NCBI GenBank assembly: GCA_038254435.1
Contig: JBBSGD010000008.1
Coordinates: forward strand, 31,412-55,411
Direction: 5' to 3'
Source: Actinomycetota bacterium
Lineage (GTDB): Bacteria; Actinomycetota; CADDZG01; WHSQ01
DNA length: 24,000 nt
The translations under genes and the position numbers were made by a program. Numbering within the stretch: position 1 is the first letter of the stretch; the number at the start of each line of letters is the position of its first letter. The notes beneath the pieces were generated by a model. It was not told the DNA's origin. It worked only from the letters and a program-made list of their open reading frames with translations, and did no database searches. Of the stretch, positions 22,653 through 24,000 are shown in pieces.

Positions 22653-22820
22653 GGGAACCTCCTTTCCTTGCTGCTCCCGGCTCGGGTTTGTAGTTCTGGT
22701 GGCTATACGTATCAACCGGCGGCCGGGATTGCGAGATGGACCGCGCGGCTGGTTAACGTTCGGACTCACGGACGGGGCGGTCAATGAGCCAAGCTCGACA
22801 GCCAGGTTGATGGACCGGGC

Positions 22821-22945
22821 TCAACCCGTGAGCCCGACGGGCGCCGGCCTTGCGGCGCGCCGAACGACGAGGTCCCGCAGCCGCCCCGGGTGGTCGGTAA
22901 CAATCGCGTCGACGCCACCGGGATGGGTTTGCACTTGGATCCGCG
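22821..22945 (-). pseudogene. C-terminal fragment of a glycerophosphodiester phosphodiesterase (GDPD)-like gene
   Basis: The minus-strand frame ends ...IQVQTHPGGVDAIVTDHPGRLRDLV...*. 'GVD.I.TD.P' is the characteristic GDPD C-terminal motif. The upstream part of that frame is antisense to the intact permease gene, so only about 40 codons can be genuine. Confidence 0.35.
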
Positions 22946-22964
22946 AGAGTGATTGGAGAAGGAC

Positions 22965-24000
22965 ATGGCGACTTCTACAATGGCCCCCGAGACAGCCCGC
23001 CCCGGGCTCCGGAGAGAGATCGGGTTCATCGGCCTGCTGTGGGCCTCCGGGGGGTCGATCATCGGTTCTGGCTGGCTGTTCGGCGCCCAGCTGGCACTCG
23101 TGGCCGCGGGACCCGCGGCGATCATCTCGTGGGTAATCGGTGCCGCTGCGATCATCATCCTCGCCCTCGTTCACGCCGAGCTGGGCGGCATGTACCCGGT
23201 CTCCGGAGGCACCGCACGCTTCCCGCACTATGCCTTCGGCGGGGCGGCCGGTGCTTCGTTCGGCTGGTTCTCGTGGCTCCAGGCGGCGACGGTCGCCCCC
23301 ATAGAGGTGCTGGCGATGATCACTTACGGGCAGCACTACTCATTCTCCAGCGGCTGGATGCACATCGAGAGCGGTGAGACGATCCTGACGGCGCCTGGGA
23401 TCGTTGCGGCGATTGTCCTGATGGCGATCCTCACCGCGATCAACTTCCTAGGCGTGCGCCTGCTGGCTCGAACCAACAGCACAGCGACGTGGTGGAAGAT
23501 CGGCGTTCCGCTGTTAACGATCTTTGTCCTCGCGCTCGTCAGCTTCCACGGCAGCAACTTCACTGCCGCCGACGGGTTCAGCCCTTACGGCGCCAAGGGG
23601 ATCCTCGGAGCTGTCTCCACGAGCGGGATCATCTTTGCATTGCTCGGGTTCGAGCAGGCCGACCAGCTTGCCGGCGAGAGCGCCAACCCGAAGCGTGACA
23701 TCCCTCGAGCAGTGATCGGTGCGATCCTTCTCGGTTCCGTCATATACATCCTGCTGCAGTTGGCGTTCCTCGGAGCGCTGCCTGCGAACCTCATTCACGG
23801 AACCTGGGCCACGGCCGCGTACACGAAGCTCACCGGGCCGTTCGCCCAACTTGCTAGCCTCGCGAGCGTGGGCTGGCTGGCAACCATCATCTACTTCGAT
23901 GCGATCATCTCGCCTGGTGGCACGGGCTTGATCTACACAACGTCGTCTTCGCGGGTCTCCTATGGCCTCAGTCGCAACGGCTACTTCCCGGCGGCTTACG
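22965..24000 (+). CDS. APC-superfamily amino acid permease (3' end lies beyond the right window edge)
   Basis: My own translation starts at ATG 22965, with GGAGAAGGA upstream. It reads MATSTMAPETARPGLRREIGFIGLLWASGGSIIGSGWLFGA...VHAELGGMYPVSGGTARF...GFEQADQLAGESANPKRDIPRAVIG... and stays open to position 24000. It is absent from the ORF track because it has no stop in the window. Confidence 0.9.
   Translation, partial: MATSTMAPETARPGLRREIGFIGLLWASGGSIIGSGWLFGAQLALVAAGPAAIISWVIGAAAIIILALVHAELGGMYPVSGGTARFPHYAFGGAAGASFGWFSWLQAATVAPIEVLAMITYGQHYSFSSGWMHIESGETILTAPGIVAAIVLMAILTAINFLGVRLLARTNSTATWWKIGVPLLTIFVLALVSFHGSNFTAADGFSPYGAKGILGAVSTSGIIFALLGFEQADQLAGESANPKRDIPRAVIGAILLGSVIYILLQLAFLGALPANLIHGTWATAAYTKLTGPFAQLASLASVGWLATIIYFDAIISPGGTGLIYTTSSSRVSYGLSRNGYFPAAY

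Noticed and set aside
1-24000. Scan for tRNA, rRNA, CRISPR repeats, tandem repeats and intact IS elements with terminal inverted repeats
   Set aside because: I saw no T-loop/acceptor pattern, no regularly spaced direct repeats and no rRNA-like conserved blocks. The only mobile-element trace is the transposase fragment at 2852-3406.

Overview
The window is a GC-rich, tightly packed chromosomal segment. Shine-Dalgarno motifs, many ATGA/TGATG start-stop overlaps, an ECF sigma factor and lipobox or Tat signals give it an Actinomycetota-like style, though that taxonomic guess is inference only. I support about 30 protein-coding features and found no rRNA, tRNA or CRISPR array.

Left to right:
1. 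A three-gene minus-strand glycosyltransferase operon. Its last gene runs off the left edge and is missing from the ORF track.
2. A decayed patch: a DDE/rve transposase fragment, a 3'-truncated DsrE-like gene, a DUF427 gene, and an AhpD/CMD-type 'peroxidase-related' gene. That last gene has an in-frame TGA exactly at the second Cys of its CxxC motif plus a 1-nt frameshift. A Crp/Fnr regulator follows.
3. A small membrane ORF coupled to an SRPBCC protein.
4. A translationally coupled radical SAM enzyme (N-terminal rubredoxin-like Cys motifs, COG1964/tetraether-synthase-like layout) and an ArsM-like methyltransferase. Next to them lies a chimeric methyltransferase::ArsC relic.
5. A five-gene minus-strand operon, TlpA - DUF3179 - ECF sigma - ZAS-type anti-sigma - DUF3179 lipoprotein. 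It is divergent from CcdA and followed by a DUF4395-thioredoxin fusion.
6. A secreted hypothetical protein with a PepSY protein, a FUSC/ArAE-type membrane protein, a UbiE/MenG-like methyltransferase coupled to a multi-pass membrane protein, a macro-domain deacetylase, a Tat-signal ferritin-like protein, and an APC permease that runs off the right edge.

The two best candidates for uncharacterised biology are the ECF-controlled DUF3179/TlpA/CcdA/DUF4395 thiol-redox cluster and the radical SAM + ArsM-like pair. All product calls rest on motif recognition by eye, and no database search was run.
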